Shown here: piece after piece, positions 38,209 to 48,446 of the stretch
Position numbering within the stretch: position 1 is the stretch's first letter
Layout of the letters: each line of letters starts with the position of its first letter
Assembly: GCA_050302075.1 (NCBI GenBank)
Contig: JBNLAH010000002.1
Location: 218,427 to 282,426, forward strand
Reading direction: 5' to 3'
DNA length: 64,000 nt
Source of the DNA: Parachlamydiales bacterium
GTDB lineage: Bacteria > Chlamydiota > Chlamydiia > Chlamydiales > SM23-39
Made by a program: the position numbers and the translations under genes
Notes under the pieces: model-generated
What the model was told of the DNA's origin: nothing
Database searches by the model: none
The model's input: the letters and a program-made list of their open reading frames with translations, nothing else

Positions 38209-38237
38209 AATGCAAATAGAATAGCAAAAAAGCAATA

Positions 38238-39011
38238 TTAAGTGAGATTTTTTAAGTTAGCAGCAGCTGCTTTATCAATAATCCATAAAGCTTTATTTTG
38301 ACTCGATCCTATCATCTGAGATGGATAGCTTGTTGAACCAGGCTCTGGAAATAAAGCCTTTTTTAAAATGTTTTTTTTCTTGTCTCCCAGGACATATAAA
38401 ACAATATTTTTTGATTGATTAATAGCTTTGAAGGTAAGCGTCATTCTCCAAGTATTTTTTTGTGGTACATAATTTGCAACTACAAGTTTTTCAGCTTCTT
38501 TTAGGGCTTCAGTATTTGGAAAAAGTGATGCAGTATGACCATCATCTCCAACTCCCAACATGACCAAATCAAATGGCTTTGAATTAAGCTTCTTACTAAT
38601 TAGTTCTTCATACTCTTTAGCACTTTTTTCAATATCGTGTTCAGCTTTCATTCGAAAAACATTTCCTTGTTTAATCGGCATGTTTTTTATCCCTGAGTCC
38701 ATTGCCATTTTATAATTACTTTCAGAATTTTCTGGAGGGACAGCTCTTTCATCACTCCAAAAAAATAAAATTTTATCCCACTCTATTTCATTCTTGAACT
38801 GATCTGAGCAGAGCAATTGAAAAATAGATTTTGGTGTTGATCCACCGGATAGTGCCACACTGAAATAGTTTTTCTCTGAAATATTTTTCTTACAAAGGTC
38901 TATAAAGTGATTTATGCAGTAAACTATAGTCTCTTCATAATCGCCCGGAAAAATTAGGTTTCTCCTATCATCCAGGGACTGGACTCTTCTGATGTTTGTA
39001 TCAATTATCAT
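38238..39011 (-). CDS. pgl: 6-phosphogluconolactonase
   Basis: ALSGGSTP, FWSDERAVPP, LGVGDDGHTASLFP, RMTLT. Confidence 0.95.
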   Translation of the reverse strand: MIIDTNIRRVQSLDDRRNLIFPGDYEETIVYCINHFIDLCKKNISEKNYFSVALSGGSTPKSIFQLLCSDQFKNEIEWDKILFFWSDERAVPPENSESNYKMAMDSGIKNMPIKQGNVFRMKAEHDIEKSAKEYEELISKKLNSKPFDLVMLGVGDDGHTASLFPNTEALKEAEKLVVANYVPQKNTWRMTLTFKAINQSKNIVLYVLGDKKKNILKKALFPEPGSTSYPSQMIGSSQNKALWIIDKAAAANLKNLT

Positions 39012-40089
39012 CTACGTCCGATAGTTTTAATAAGGTTTTAATAAAATGGTTACTTATAGGCTGTGTAATCATTTCATTTGCAAGAAAGTGTCCTAACTCG
39101 AATTTCTCAAACTTAAAATTATGAGGTAAATAACATTGTTTTGGGTTAGAGGAGTCAACTTTAAGAGCTTCAGGTTGTTTTTCAGATCTTTCAAAGACAA
39201 TTTCATCATTTTCTTTGGCTTTTACCTGAATTTTTAGAACGTCTCCTGAGTTGAATACTTTTTTTTCATCGATGTTTATTACAACTTGCACAGAGGATTT
39301 TAACTTATTAAACAAAATAAGGTGAGTGGTTCCTTCGGTTTTTTTTTCTTTGTATGACCAATCTAGCCTAGATGCTATCCAGAAAATTAGATAATATCCT
39401 TGAATCAAAAATTTTTTAATTAAGGGATTGTCCTTTTGATTCACATTTAAAGTAATCGAAGATGCATTTTCTAGAATCTTAAGTTTTTCTGATTCATAAA
39501 ACTCTGATGATAAAATATCTCTAAGGTCTTCAGTTTTAAGCCAGTTTAAATCTACTAAACAATTTTCCTTACATTTAAAATTTTTCAAAACAAATTTCGA
39601 AAAAGCAAATATATCGCTAGAGGTTTCTGAGTCGAAAATTATTTTTGAGGCTAATTCTTTTAAGTGAAAAAGCAGTTTTGTTTCTTTGCAGGGATCTTCA
39701 CACCAAAGCAAATGAACTGGAAGGTCTGGTATTAATAAAGGAAGTACTACATATCTTACTTTTTCGATGTCATCCTTGCCTACACCAATATCAATGCTAT
39801 CACAAGCAACTTCTTTTTGATCTCCAGGAGGAGATAAAATGGATACAGCTGTTTTCAAATAGCTTTCTTTTGACTCTGGCTCATAAGTAATAAAAATAAT
39901 CCTACAGGGAAATTTTTCTATTAGATTCTGGATGGTATCTCTGACAAAATTTAGCCGATTATTTCTTTCAGAATAAACAATCAAAGTGAACAGGTTTGCT
40001 TTGTTTGTATCCTCTTTACTTAAAGACTCCCATATTTTTTGGAGTTCAGATTCAATTTTTGCTGGTGGAACAATTTTTTGAGAAATCAT
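39001..40089 (-). CDS. opcA: Glucose-6-phosphate dehydrogenase assembly protein OpcA-like
   Basis: IE.EL..IW, NLFTLIVY, PCRII, PLLIPDLPVHLLW, IIFDS, DLNW; located between zwf and pgl. Confidence 0.8.
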   Translation of the reverse strand: MISQKIVPPAKIESELQKIWESLSKEDTNKANLFTLIVYSERNNRLNFVRDTIQNLIEKFPCRIIFITYEPESKESYLKTAVSILSPPGDQKEVACDSIDIGVGKDDIEKVRYVVLPLLIPDLPVHLLWCEDPCKETKLLFHLKELASKIIFDSETSSDIFAFSKFVLKNFKCKENCLVDLNWLKTEDLRDILSSEFYESEKLKILENASSITLNVNQKDNPLIKKFLIQGYYLIFWIASRLDWSYKEKKTEGTTHLILFNKLKSSVQVVINIDEKKVFNSGDVLKIQVKAKENDEIVFERSEKQPEALKVDSSNPKQCYLPHNFKFEKFELGHFLANEMITQPISNHFIKTLLKLSDVDDN

Positions 40090-40093
40090 TGCT

Positions 40094-41632
40094 TTAAGGT
40101 TTTCTCCAACTACGGTTATCTTTCTCAATTAATTCATCAGCAGATTTTGGTCCCCATGTTCCAGATTCATAATTTGGGAAATCCTCAGGGGGATTTGCTT
40201 CCCAGTATTTTAAAATAGGAGTAAAGATTTTCCAAGATTGGAGAACCTCATCAGACCTAGCAAATAAAGTGCTGTCACCATTGATGCATTCTAAAATAAG
40301 CCTTTCATAGGCCTCTGGGGGTGCTTTTCCGAAGTATGACCCATATCTAAAGTCCATTTTAACTGGTTGAATAGGACTGCTTGGCCCTGGCACTTTACAG
40401 TTTATTTTCATAGAGATTCCTTCATCTGGCTGTATTCGGATTGCCAAGACATTTGCCTCATTTTTATTGTCTTTGTGTTGGAATAAAACGCCAGGCGAGT
40501 CTTTGAAGATAACTGCTATTTCAGTCACTTTTTTAGGAAGCCTCTTACCTCCTCTAATATAAAAAGGAACCCCATCCCATCTCCAATTATCTATAAAAAA
40601 TCTGATAGCTGCAAATGTCTCAATGTTTGATTTATCACTTACTTCGTCTTCTTCGCGATAGGGCTTAACTTTTTCTCCATTTACAAACCCACTTTTATAT
40701 TGGCCACGTACAACAGACCTCTTAAAATCATTTTCGGTGAAGGGGCGAATTGATTGAAGAACTTTAACTTTTTCATCTCTTACTCCTTTCTCTGAAAGAT
40801 CTACAGGAGGCTCCATTGCAATAATAGATAGAAGTTGCATCATATGGTTTTGAATTATATCTCTAGTAAGGCCTTCTTCTTCAAAAAATTCACCTCTATT
40901 TTCAATACCGATATCCTCTGCAACTGTTATTTGGAAATGATCTATATGCTTATAATTCCAAATTGACTCGAAAATAGAATTAGCGAAGCGAAATACCAAG
41001 ATATTTTGAACCGTTTCTTTTCCAAGATAATGATCGATGCGATAGGTCTGTTCTTCGGATATGTGCTTTTGAATTTGATTTTGAAGCTCTTTTGCAGAAT
41101 CAAGGTCTTTGCCAAATGGTTTTTCAATTATAACCCTGGACCATCTTTCATCAGACAGATTGTATATTAACCCATGTTTTTTTAATTTTTCTATGATGAG
41201 CGGAAAGAATTTGGGCTGAACTGAGAGATAAAAAATTCGATTTCCTCCAGTAGCGTGTTTGGAATCAATTTCTGATAAAAAGTCTTTCAATCTTTCATAT
41301 CCCTCGTCACTGTCAAATTGAGATTGATGATAAAAAAGCCTTTCTTTGAAATTAGACCAAAAACCTTTATCAATAGGTTTTGTTCTGGAAAATTTGTCAA
41401 CGTTCTCCTCCATGTCTTTTCTAAAGTCTTCGTGGCTTTTTTCTCTTCTGGCAACACCAACACAGGCAAAATTAGTCGGTAGGTGCCTTTCCTTCCCTAG
41501 GTTATAAATTGCAGGAATTAACTTTCTTGCAGTTAAATCTCCAGTAGCGCCAAAAATAACTAAGGTACATGGGTCTATAGACTTTATTATTTTTTCTGTA
41601 TCTTCTAGTGGATGAGGATTATCTTTTTGCAT
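40094..41632 (-). CDS. zwf: Glucose-6-phosphate 1-dehydrogenase
   Basis: FGATGDL, IEKPFG, RIDHYLGKETVQN, RDIIQNH, WRWDGVPFY, AYERL. Confidence 0.97.
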   Translation of the reverse strand: MQKDNPHPLEDTEKIIKSIDPCTLVIFGATGDLTARKLIPAIYNLGKERHLPTNFACVGVARREKSHEDFRKDMEENVDKFSRTKPIDKGFWSNFKERLFYHQSQFDSDEGYERLKDFLSEIDSKHATGGNRIFYLSVQPKFFPLIIEKLKKHGLIYNLSDERWSRVIIEKPFGKDLDSAKELQNQIQKHISEEQTYRIDHYLGKETVQNILVFRFANSIFESIWNYKHIDHFQITVAEDIGIENRGEFFEEEGLTRDIIQNHMMQLLSIIAMEPPVDLSEKGVRDEKVKVLQSIRPFTENDFKRSVVRGQYKSGFVNGEKVKPYREEDEVSDKSNIETFAAIRFFIDNWRWDGVPFYIRGGKRLPKKVTEIAVIFKDSPGVLFQHKDNKNEANVLAIRIQPDEGISMKINCKVPGPSSPIQPVKMDFRYGSYFGKAPPEAYERLILECINGDSTLFARSDEVLQSWKIFTPILKYWEANPPEDFPNYESGTWGPKSADELIEKDNRSWRKP

Positions 41633-41675
41633 ATCAATAGCAATAATCTAATTGATGATTTTTGAGTATGTTTTT

Positions 41676-41716
41676 TTTATTAGGTTGCACCGTTATAATT
41701 GGTGCAACCTAATAAA
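41676..41716. terminator. 16-bp perfect inverted repeat hairpin downstream of the 41726..42370 gene
   Basis: TTTATTAGGTTGCACC-N9-GGTGCAACCTAATAAA; no clear U-tract, so terminator role is uncertain. Confidence 0.55.
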
Positions 41717-41725
41717 TGAGATTTT

Positions 41726-42370
41726 TTAGAACTTTTTAAGTCTTATTTGAACGCTTGGTTTATTCGGCGCATTAATCTGCTTATTATCTAAAATTAAACC
41801 TAGCGCTTTCATTTGATCTTCTTTCATCTCTTTTGAGCCTAAGTAACTATCTTTGAAATCTCCATTCATATGTATACTTCTTGATGTGAGAAATTCTTCG
41901 CTTCCCAAGGACTTTTTAAAAATTATCTCTGTAAAAGTGCTATGAACTCTTGCAGTATTTGGATCGACTTCCTCTAAAAGAACAATAATAAAGGTGCATT
42001 CATTTTTTAATTTGCCTTTAAAACTTGAGCTTCTAATGTGCTGGGGCATGGCTTCTATTTCTTCCGGATTTATGGGAAGTGCTTCTTGATTTTCAAATTC
42101 CATAGGTCTCGGAGTTGGGCGACCTTCAACTACTTCTGGAATATGTGGAATGGATTCAAGTATTTTGGGACCCACATTATATGTAAAAGTTTCTCCAAAA
42201 TTTTCAATAAATGGCCTTACTTTTTCTCTCCATACCATTTTTAGTGAAGCGATTTGCTCTTCTATCTCGCGAATAGTCATTTCTCTATTATCCTGATTGC
42301 TCCATTTTGCAAGGGCTAGCGGCTCTAGAGGCGCTAGAGGCGCTGATGGTGTAGGTGTTGCTGCTGCCAT
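41726..42370 (-). CDS. Hypothetical protein with A/T/P-rich N-terminus
   Basis: 214-aa ORF with AGGAG RBS; no recognised family. Confidence 0.7.
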   Translation of the reverse strand: MAAATPTPSAPLAPLEPLALAKWSNQDNREMTIREIEEQIASLKMVWREKVRPFIENFGETFTYNVGPKILESIPHIPEVVEGRPTPRPMEFENQEALPINPEEIEAMPQHIRSSSFKGKLKNECTFIIVLLEEVDPNTARVHSTFTEIIFKKSLGSEEFLTSRSIHMNGDFKDSYLGSKEMKEDQMKALGLILDNKQINAPNKPSVQIRLKKF

Positions 42371-42479
42371 TTTTTACTCCTTTGTTTAGCTTAAATTTTA
42401 AAAGTGTTAAGGAGATATCATTTTTTTGATTACTTATTCAAGATTTTTTTTAAGATTAAAGAGGGGAAATTTTTTAGTA

Positions 42480-42902
42480 CTATATGCTTCTGCTAAGATA
42501 AGTTTGTAGCAAAACTACAGCAGACATTGCATCTAGGTTTTTGGTTCTTTTTTTTCTTGTAACCTTTGCATCCTTCATCAATACATCAGCACCTTTAGAA
42601 GAGAGTCTTTCATCCATATATTCAATCTTTAGATTAAGCTCACTTTCTAAAATTTTACCAAATTCTTTTACTTGTTTGGCCATAGGCCCTTCTAAACCAG
42701 ATAAAAGAAGAGGAAGACCAATTATAATTTTTTCAATGCTAAATGGTTCTTTTTTTATCTCGTCAGCTACTTTTTTAGCACTTTTTTCAGGTGATTTATC
42801 TGCCTGAATTACTTTATGTGGAAAAGCTATTGTTTGTGTATCATCTGTTAAGGCAATACCTATTCTTTTTTCACCATAATCAATTGCAACTATTTTTGAC
42901 AT
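42480..42902 (-). CDS. yqgF: YqgF/RuvX pre-16S rRNA nuclease
   Basis: AIDYGEKRIGIA, IIGLP, DERLSS, DAMSAVVLLQ. Confidence 0.93.
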   Translation of the reverse strand: MSKIVAIDYGEKRIGIALTDDTQTIAFPHKVIQADKSPEKSAKKVADEIKKEPFSIEKIIIGLPLLLSGLEGPMAKQVKEFGKILESELNLKIEYMDERLSSKGADVLMKDAKVTRKKRTKNLDAMSAVVLLQTYLSRSI

Positions 42903-44488
42903 TTTTTTGCCGCTTTTAAAAATTCACAAAATAAAGGATGTGGAGATAGTGGCTTGGATTTAAATTCAGGATGAAATTGCACCCCTACCATCCATGGATG
43001 GTCTTTATTTTCAGCAATCTCACATAAATCTCCTTCGCTAAATATACCACTGAAAAGCATTCCATGCTTTTCAAATTCACTTTTAAATTCATTATTGAAT
43101 TCAAATCGATGCCTATGCCTTTCTTGGATAGTTTTTTTATTATATGCTTGAAATGCCAACGATTTTGGGTTTAAAGAACATGGGTAACTTCCAAGGCGCA
43201 TTGTTCCACCAAGTTTTGCCTTCCTTTTTTGATCTTCCATTAATGAAACAACAGGATATTTAGTATTTTTATCAACTTCAATTGAGTGGGCCTCTTTTAG
43301 ACCTATAACATTTCTAGCAAATTCTACTACCATAATTTGCAAGCCGAGGCAAACTCCAAAAAAAGGAATTTTGTTTTCTCTACAATACTTTGCAGTAAGT
43401 AATTTTCCAATCCAACCTCTTGATCCAAATCCACCAGGAACAAGATATCCATCACATGACGGTAGCAAGCTTAAATCATCAACTTTGTCAGACTCGATTT
43501 GAATGATGTTTAATTTTAGCTTATTAAATATTGCTGCATGCTCTAGTGCTTCATATATAGATTTGTAGGCGTCTTTCAATTCAATGTATTTCCCAACAAC
43601 CCCAATGGTAACTTCATTTTTAGAAGATTTAAGGGTTTCTAACATGTTTTGCCATTTACTTAAATTAGCTTCATTTATTGGCAAGTTAAGTTTTTTTAAG
43701 ACATGAGAATCTAGGCCCTGTTGATGTAGGTTGATTGGAACCTCATAAATACTTTTGTCTACATCCTTTTCATCAAAGACAGACTCTTTTGCAACATTGC
43801 AAAAAAGTGAGATTTTTTCTTTTATCTCTTCACTTAATGAATTTTCTGATCTGCATAAAATTATATCAGGTATTATTCCAATCTGCCTTAATATCATAGC
43901 AGAATGCTGTGACGGCTTAGTTTTTACTTCTCCTGCAGCTTTAAGATATGGTACATAAGTCAGATGAATATTAATGCAGTCTTTTGGGTAGTCATATCTA
44001 AACTGTCTAATAGCTTCTAAAAAAGGTAGACATTCAATATCTCCAACAGTACCTCCAATTTCTACCAATACAACATCGACTTTTTCATGCTGAATTGAGC
44101 ATTCTTTTATAATTTTTTTTATCTCATCAGTAACGTGTGGAATGACTTGAACTGTTTTACCTAAATACTCACCATTTCTTTCTTTTTTTATTACTGCTTC
44201 ATATACCTGTCCTGTAGTAGCGTTTGATTTTTTATTTAAAGGACTATTAGTAAAGCGGTAATAGTGCCCCAAATCAAGATCAGTTTCAGCTCCATCATCA
44301 GTCACATAGACTTCTCCATGCTGAAATGGGTTCATAGTTCCTGGATCGACATTGAGATAAGGGTCTAATTTAAGAATTGCAATACTTAGCTTTCTTGATT
44401 CTAATAAATTGCCGATAGCAGCTGTTGTTAATCCTTTACCGAGGGAAGAGACCACCCCACCTGTTATAAAGATAAATTTTGTGTGCAT
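42890..44488 (-). CDS. pyrG: CTP synthase
   Basis: TGGVVSSLGKG, KLDPYLNVDPGTM, GGFGSRG, GVCLG, RHRHRFE, QFHPEF. Confidence 0.98.
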   Translation of the reverse strand: MHTKFIFITGGVVSSLGKGLTTAAIGNLLESRKLSIAILKLDPYLNVDPGTMNPFQHGEVYVTDDGAETDLDLGHYYRFTNSPLNKKSNATTGQVYEAVIKKERNGEYLGKTVQVIPHVTDEIKKIIKECSIQHEKVDVVLVEIGGTVGDIECLPFLEAIRQFRYDYPKDCINIHLTYVPYLKAAGEVKTKPSQHSAMILRQIGIIPDIILCRSENSLSEEIKEKISLFCNVAKESVFDEKDVDKSIYEVPINLHQQGLDSHVLKKLNLPINEANLSKWQNMLETLKSSKNEVTIGVVGKYIELKDAYKSIYEALEHAAIFNKLKLNIIQIESDKVDDLSLLPSCDGYLVPGGFGSRGWIGKLLTAKYCRENKIPFFGVCLGLQIMVVEFARNVIGLKEAHSIEVDKNTKYPVVSLMEDQKRKAKLGGTMRLGSYPCSLNPKSLAFQAYNKKTIQERHRHRFEFNNEFKSEFEKHGMLFSGIFSEGDLCEIAENKDHPWMVGVQFHPEFKSKPLSPHPLFCEFLKAAKKCQK

Positions 44489-45195
44489 AAGTATCTCCTT
44501 AAATTAATTAAATCACTAGGAATATCAACAGATATTTCAGAATCATCGACTATAACAGTATGAATAGAATACCCATGCTCTAGAATCTTAAGCTGCTCTA
44601 AATCTTCTTTTAGCTGCATTGGAGTATTTGGCAAATCTTTAAGTTTCATAAGGAATTCTTTTCTATATGCATAGATCCCAAGATGTTGGTAATATTCAGT
44701 TGCATTGTGAGGAATAGCAGACCTGCTGAAGTAAAGCGCCCTTTTATTTTTGTCAAAGACACATTTTACAACATTCGGCGAGTTTGCTTTTTTTAAGTCT
44801 TTAATAAGCATCAAGGGAGTAGTTACTAAAGTTTCTTGATCGTTAAAAGGCATTATCATCATATCGATTGTAGATGGCATGATGCAAGGATGGTCACCTT
44901 GGATATTTATGATAACATCTTTGGGGCCAGTTTCTTTTAGAGTATCTATAGCACATGCAATTCTTTCAGTCCCATTATCACATGCTTTTGTCTTGATTAC
45001 TTTTGCAGAAAAAGACTTTGCAGCCTCTTCAATTAATGGGCTGTCTGTTGCAATATAAAGCTCATCAAGTAAATGACATCTAAGTGCATTTTCATAAGTT
45101 CTTTGAATTAAGGGTTTACCTAAAACATCTTTTAATAATTTTTGAGGAAACCTTTTACTCTCCAGGCGGGCTGGTATAACTCCAATATTTTTCAT
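44464..45195 (-). CDS. kdsB: 3-deoxy-manno-octulosonate cytidylyltransferase
   Basis: IPARLESKRFPQK, GTERIA, NIQGD, ALYFSRSAIP, HLGIYAY, EDLEQL. Confidence 0.95.
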   Translation of the reverse strand: MKNIGVIPARLESKRFPQKLLKDVLGKPLIQRTYENALRCHLLDELYIATDSPLIEEAAKSFSAKVIKTKACDNGTERIACAIDTLKETGPKDVIINIQGDHPCIMPSTIDMMIMPFNDQETLVTTPLMLIKDLKKANSPNVVKCVFDKNKRALYFSRSAIPHNATEYYQHLGIYAYRKEFLMKLKDLPNTPMQLKEDLEQLKILEHGYSIHTVIVDDSEISVDIPSDLINLRRYLCTQNLSL

Positions 45196-45304
45196 GCCTT
45201 TAAATTATTTAAGAAACCAGATTAAGAAAAAAGGAATTTTAATGCTTGCTGTTGTCTAAATCAACAATTTAGGTAAAATACAAAAAAATCTACAGGAAAA
45301 TGCC

Positions 45305-46939
45305 ATGAACAACCAAAGCCTTCTACAAAAAAAAAGATTATCATATGACCCTTTAGTTCCTGAAAAAGTTAAAGATTTAAGAAAGCTTAAGTTTATAGAA
45401 AAAGACAAAGTTGAGCCTAAAAGCGATCGATCTGAGATTAGGAAAATATTTGAAAAATCTTATGGCCAACCAATCGTTGAGCTTGAAGCTGGCAGAGAGC
45501 TTGAAAAAAAAATATTGAGGATTGGGGTTGTTTTTTCCGGGGGACAGGCAGCAGGAGGACACAACGTTATTTCAGGGCTGTTTGATGCTGTTAAAAGTTT
45601 TCATAAAGATGGAAAATTATTTGGTTTTTTGAATGGTCCAAGTGGCATCGTAGAAAATAGTTATATTGAGATCACAGAAGATAAGCTTTATGAATACCGA
45701 AATCAAGGTGGTTTTGATTTAATAGGATCTGGCAGAACTAAAATTGAAACACAAGAGCAGCTCAAGTCGTCACTTGATACTGCAACAAAGCTTGAAATAG
45801 ACGGTATTGTAGTTATTGGTGGGGACGACTCTAATACCAACGCTGCTATTTTAGCTGAATATTTCTTAAACAATAACTGTAAAACAAAAGTAGTAGGTGT
45901 CCCCAAAACAATAGATGGCGATTTAAGATCAGATGACATTGAAATGTCCTTTGGTTTTGATACGGCTTGTAAAACCTACAGTGAACTGATAGGAAATATC
46001 TGCAAGGATGCTTTATCAGCTAAAAAGTATTATCACTTTATTCGGCTTATGGGAAGATCTGCATCTCATATTGCTTTAGAGTGTGCATTTAAAACTCAAC
46101 CAAACCTGACATTGATAGGTGAAGAGATAATGCATAACAATATTTCACTGAAAGATATTGTTTCTATAATTGTTGAGTTAATTGTTAAAAGAGCAGAAAT
46201 TGGCAAAAACTATGGAGTAATTTTAATCCCTGAAGGGATTATCGAATTTATTGGTGAGGTCAAAGCTCTTATTGAAGAACTAAATATAATGTTAGCTACA
46301 GGATCCACACATTTAACTGTTATAAATGCAATGAAAGATCATATGGAGGTTCTAGCTTACCTAAAACAAAACCTAAAACAGACATCATATTCCTGCTTTG
46401 AGATTCTACCAAAAGATATACAAAAACAGCTGCTTTTAGACAGGGATCCTCACGGAAATGTCCAAGTTTCTAAAATTGAAACGGAGAAACTTTTATTAGA
46501 CATGGTGAAAAAGGAACTAAAGGAAAGAAATTTTAAGGGAAAATTTAGTGCTGTAGCTCATTTTTTTGGCTATGAGGGCAGGTCAGCACTGCCGACTAAT
46601 TTTGATGCAAACTACTGCTATAATTTGGGCAGGTTATCCGCCTCTTTAATAAACCAAGGACTTACTGGATATATCGCATGTATCAAAAATCTCAAAGAGC
46701 CTGTCGAGAAGTGGCAATATTATGGATTACCCTTAACGATGCTTATGAATATCGAGAATCGTCATGGAAAGCAAAAGCCCGTAATAAAGAAATATCTGGT
46801 AGATCTTGAAAATAAAATTTTTCAAAGATTTTCTAAACTAAGAGATCAATGGGAGCTGGACGATCAATATCAGCTTGTAGGCCCAATTCAATTTTATGGG
46901 GATAAGGAACTTACCGACTCATCACCAATTACTATGTAA
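45305..46939 (+). CDS. pfp: Pyrophosphate-dependent phosphofructokinase (long clade)
   Basis: SGGQAAGGHNV, GGDDSNTNA, PKTIDGD, RLMGRSASH, HFFGYEGRS. Confidence 0.93.
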   Translation: MNNQSLLQKKRLSYDPLVPEKVKDLRKLKFIEKDKVEPKSDRSEIRKIFEKSYGQPIVELEAGRELEKKILRIGVVFSGGQAAGGHNVISGLFDAVKSFHKDGKLFGFLNGPSGIVENSYIEITEDKLYEYRNQGGFDLIGSGRTKIETQEQLKSSLDTATKLEIDGIVVIGGDDSNTNAAILAEYFLNNNCKTKVVGVPKTIDGDLRSDDIEMSFGFDTACKTYSELIGNICKDALSAKKYYHFIRLMGRSASHIALECAFKTQPNLTLIGEEIMHNNISLKDIVSIIVELIVKRAEIGKNYGVILIPEGIIEFIGEVKALIEELNIMLATGSTHLTVINAMKDHMEVLAYLKQNLKQTSYSCFEILPKDIQKQLLLDRDPHGNVQVSKIETEKLLLDMVKKELKERNFKGKFSAVAHFFGYEGRSALPTNFDANYCYNLGRLSASLINQGLTGYIACIKNLKEPVEKWQYYGLPLTMLMNIENRHGKQKPVIKKYLVDLENKIFQRFSKLRDQWELDDQYQLVGPIQFYGDKELTDSSPITM

Positions 46940-48353
46940 TTTTATCGGCTTCAATTAGTGTATCTTCATTTGACTGGATAAGCTCAAGAGATTTCCACTT
47001 GCCGCTCTGGTATCGTAAGTAGTAAACAATACTGGTCATTATACTATAGGCAACTGCAAGTACCCATGCAATCTCTACTGAAAGATTTAGCTTAACGACA
47101 ATAAAGTAAATTGGGGCTAGCAAAAAGACCCATACTGAAAATGTTCCGGCAATTAGCAAGAAGAGGGTATCCCCAGCTGCTGATAAAAGACCTGCAAATA
47201 TCCATTTGAAACCTTCAAAGGTTATATACATGAAAACAAATAAAAAGCATGTTTTTAGGGTTTTCACAAAGTCAGGAGAAGCTAATAAACTGCTTTCTTG
47301 GCTGTTTAGAAAAAAGGGAATCGTAATGTTTGGATCCAAAAGAAAAAACAATAAAACCATAGAGCTAAAAATTATCTGAAGCTTTATGCCTGATTTCATC
47401 ACCTTTTGCGTTTGATCTGATTTTTTAGCTCCAATGAAGTTTCCAGAAATTGCAGCAACTCCTTTGTTGAGCCCATCCATAAAAAAAGAAAGCAATATAA
47501 CTATACTTTGACAGATAGCAGAAATTGTAATATGCAGCTCGCTAAGTCTTGTCATCATTTCATAGAAAATTGCCCACCCCATGATTTCGAGTAAATAAAA
47601 TACCCCTTGAGGGACTCCAATTTTTAAGGATTTTAAAAACCAGGTTTTATTGAATTGAAATTTATGTGTTCCATATTCCTGCCTATTTTTTTTTCTTAAA
47701 AATAGCAAAAGTAATATAGAAGCTTGAACTAAGTATCCCGAACACGTAGCTATAGCTGCACCTTTGATTCCCATTTCAGGAATAATCCCATTTATACCAA
47801 AAATTAAAATCTTATCTAAGATAATGTTAATTAAGTTTGCAGTTACAGCAAGACCGATTAGTAGTTTTGTCTTGCCTTGCCCAATAAAAAACCCTGCTAA
47901 AGCTGTCATAAGTGCGTAAGCTGGGGCAAACATCATCAAAGTAGAAAAATAGTCGGTTTGCAAGCTTCCATATACTGAATTTGAGTAAAGAATGGGGCCA
48001 ATCCATAGTGACATTGGTGCAAAAAAAAGAATGGATATAGCTGCGATCCAGATCATTTGCCAGACAGAAGCACCAATCATTTTCTTATCATTTGCTCCAT
48101 TATATTGGGCTACAAATACTTCTGACATTGCTGTTATCATTCCCATTCCACCAAAAAAAGCCCAGGCCATTGTTCCAGAGTTTACAGCTGCATTGAGAGT
48201 GTCAATTGAATATTTAGCTAAAAAGAGTCTGTCAACAAAAATCATAAATAGCGTAGCTAAAGCAGATATCATTAGAGGAAATGATAGTCTAAAAACACCT
48301 TTAACACTGCTATTCAAAAACTTATGATTTTCGGGTATATCTTGCTTCTTCAT
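46932..48353 (-). CDS. MATE-family efflux transporter
   Basis: LSFPLM...FVDRLFLA, VAQYNGA, NIILDKILIFG...MGIKGAAIAT, ~12 TM. Confidence 0.9.
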   Translation of the reverse strand: MKKQDIPENHKFLNSSVKGVFRLSFPLMISALATLFMIFVDRLFLAKYSIDTLNAAVNSGTMAWAFFGGMGMITAMSEVFVAQYNGANDKKMIGASVWQMIWIAAISILFFAPMSLWIGPILYSNSVYGSLQTDYFSTLMMFAPAYALMTALAGFFIGQGKTKLLIGLAVTANLINIILDKILIFGINGIIPEMGIKGAAIATCSGYLVQASILLLLFLRKKNRQEYGTHKFQFNKTWFLKSLKIGVPQGVFYLLEIMGWAIFYEMMTRLSELHITISAICQSIVILLSFFMDGLNKGVAAISGNFIGAKKSDQTQKVMKSGIKLQIIFSSMVLLFFLLDPNITIPFFLNSQESSLLASPDFVKTLKTCFLFVFMYITFEGFKWIFAGLLSAAGDTLFLLIAGTFSVWVFLLAPIYFIVVKLNLSVEIAWVLAVAYSIMTSIVYYLRYQSGKWKSLELIQSNEDTLIEADKIT

Positions 48354-48446
48354 ATAAACTATATTGTAGCGTAAATTAATATTGTTAATAATTAGTTTTT
48401 ATTTATTTTTCAAAATAGACTTGTAAACTTATTTTTTTCTTGCGTT

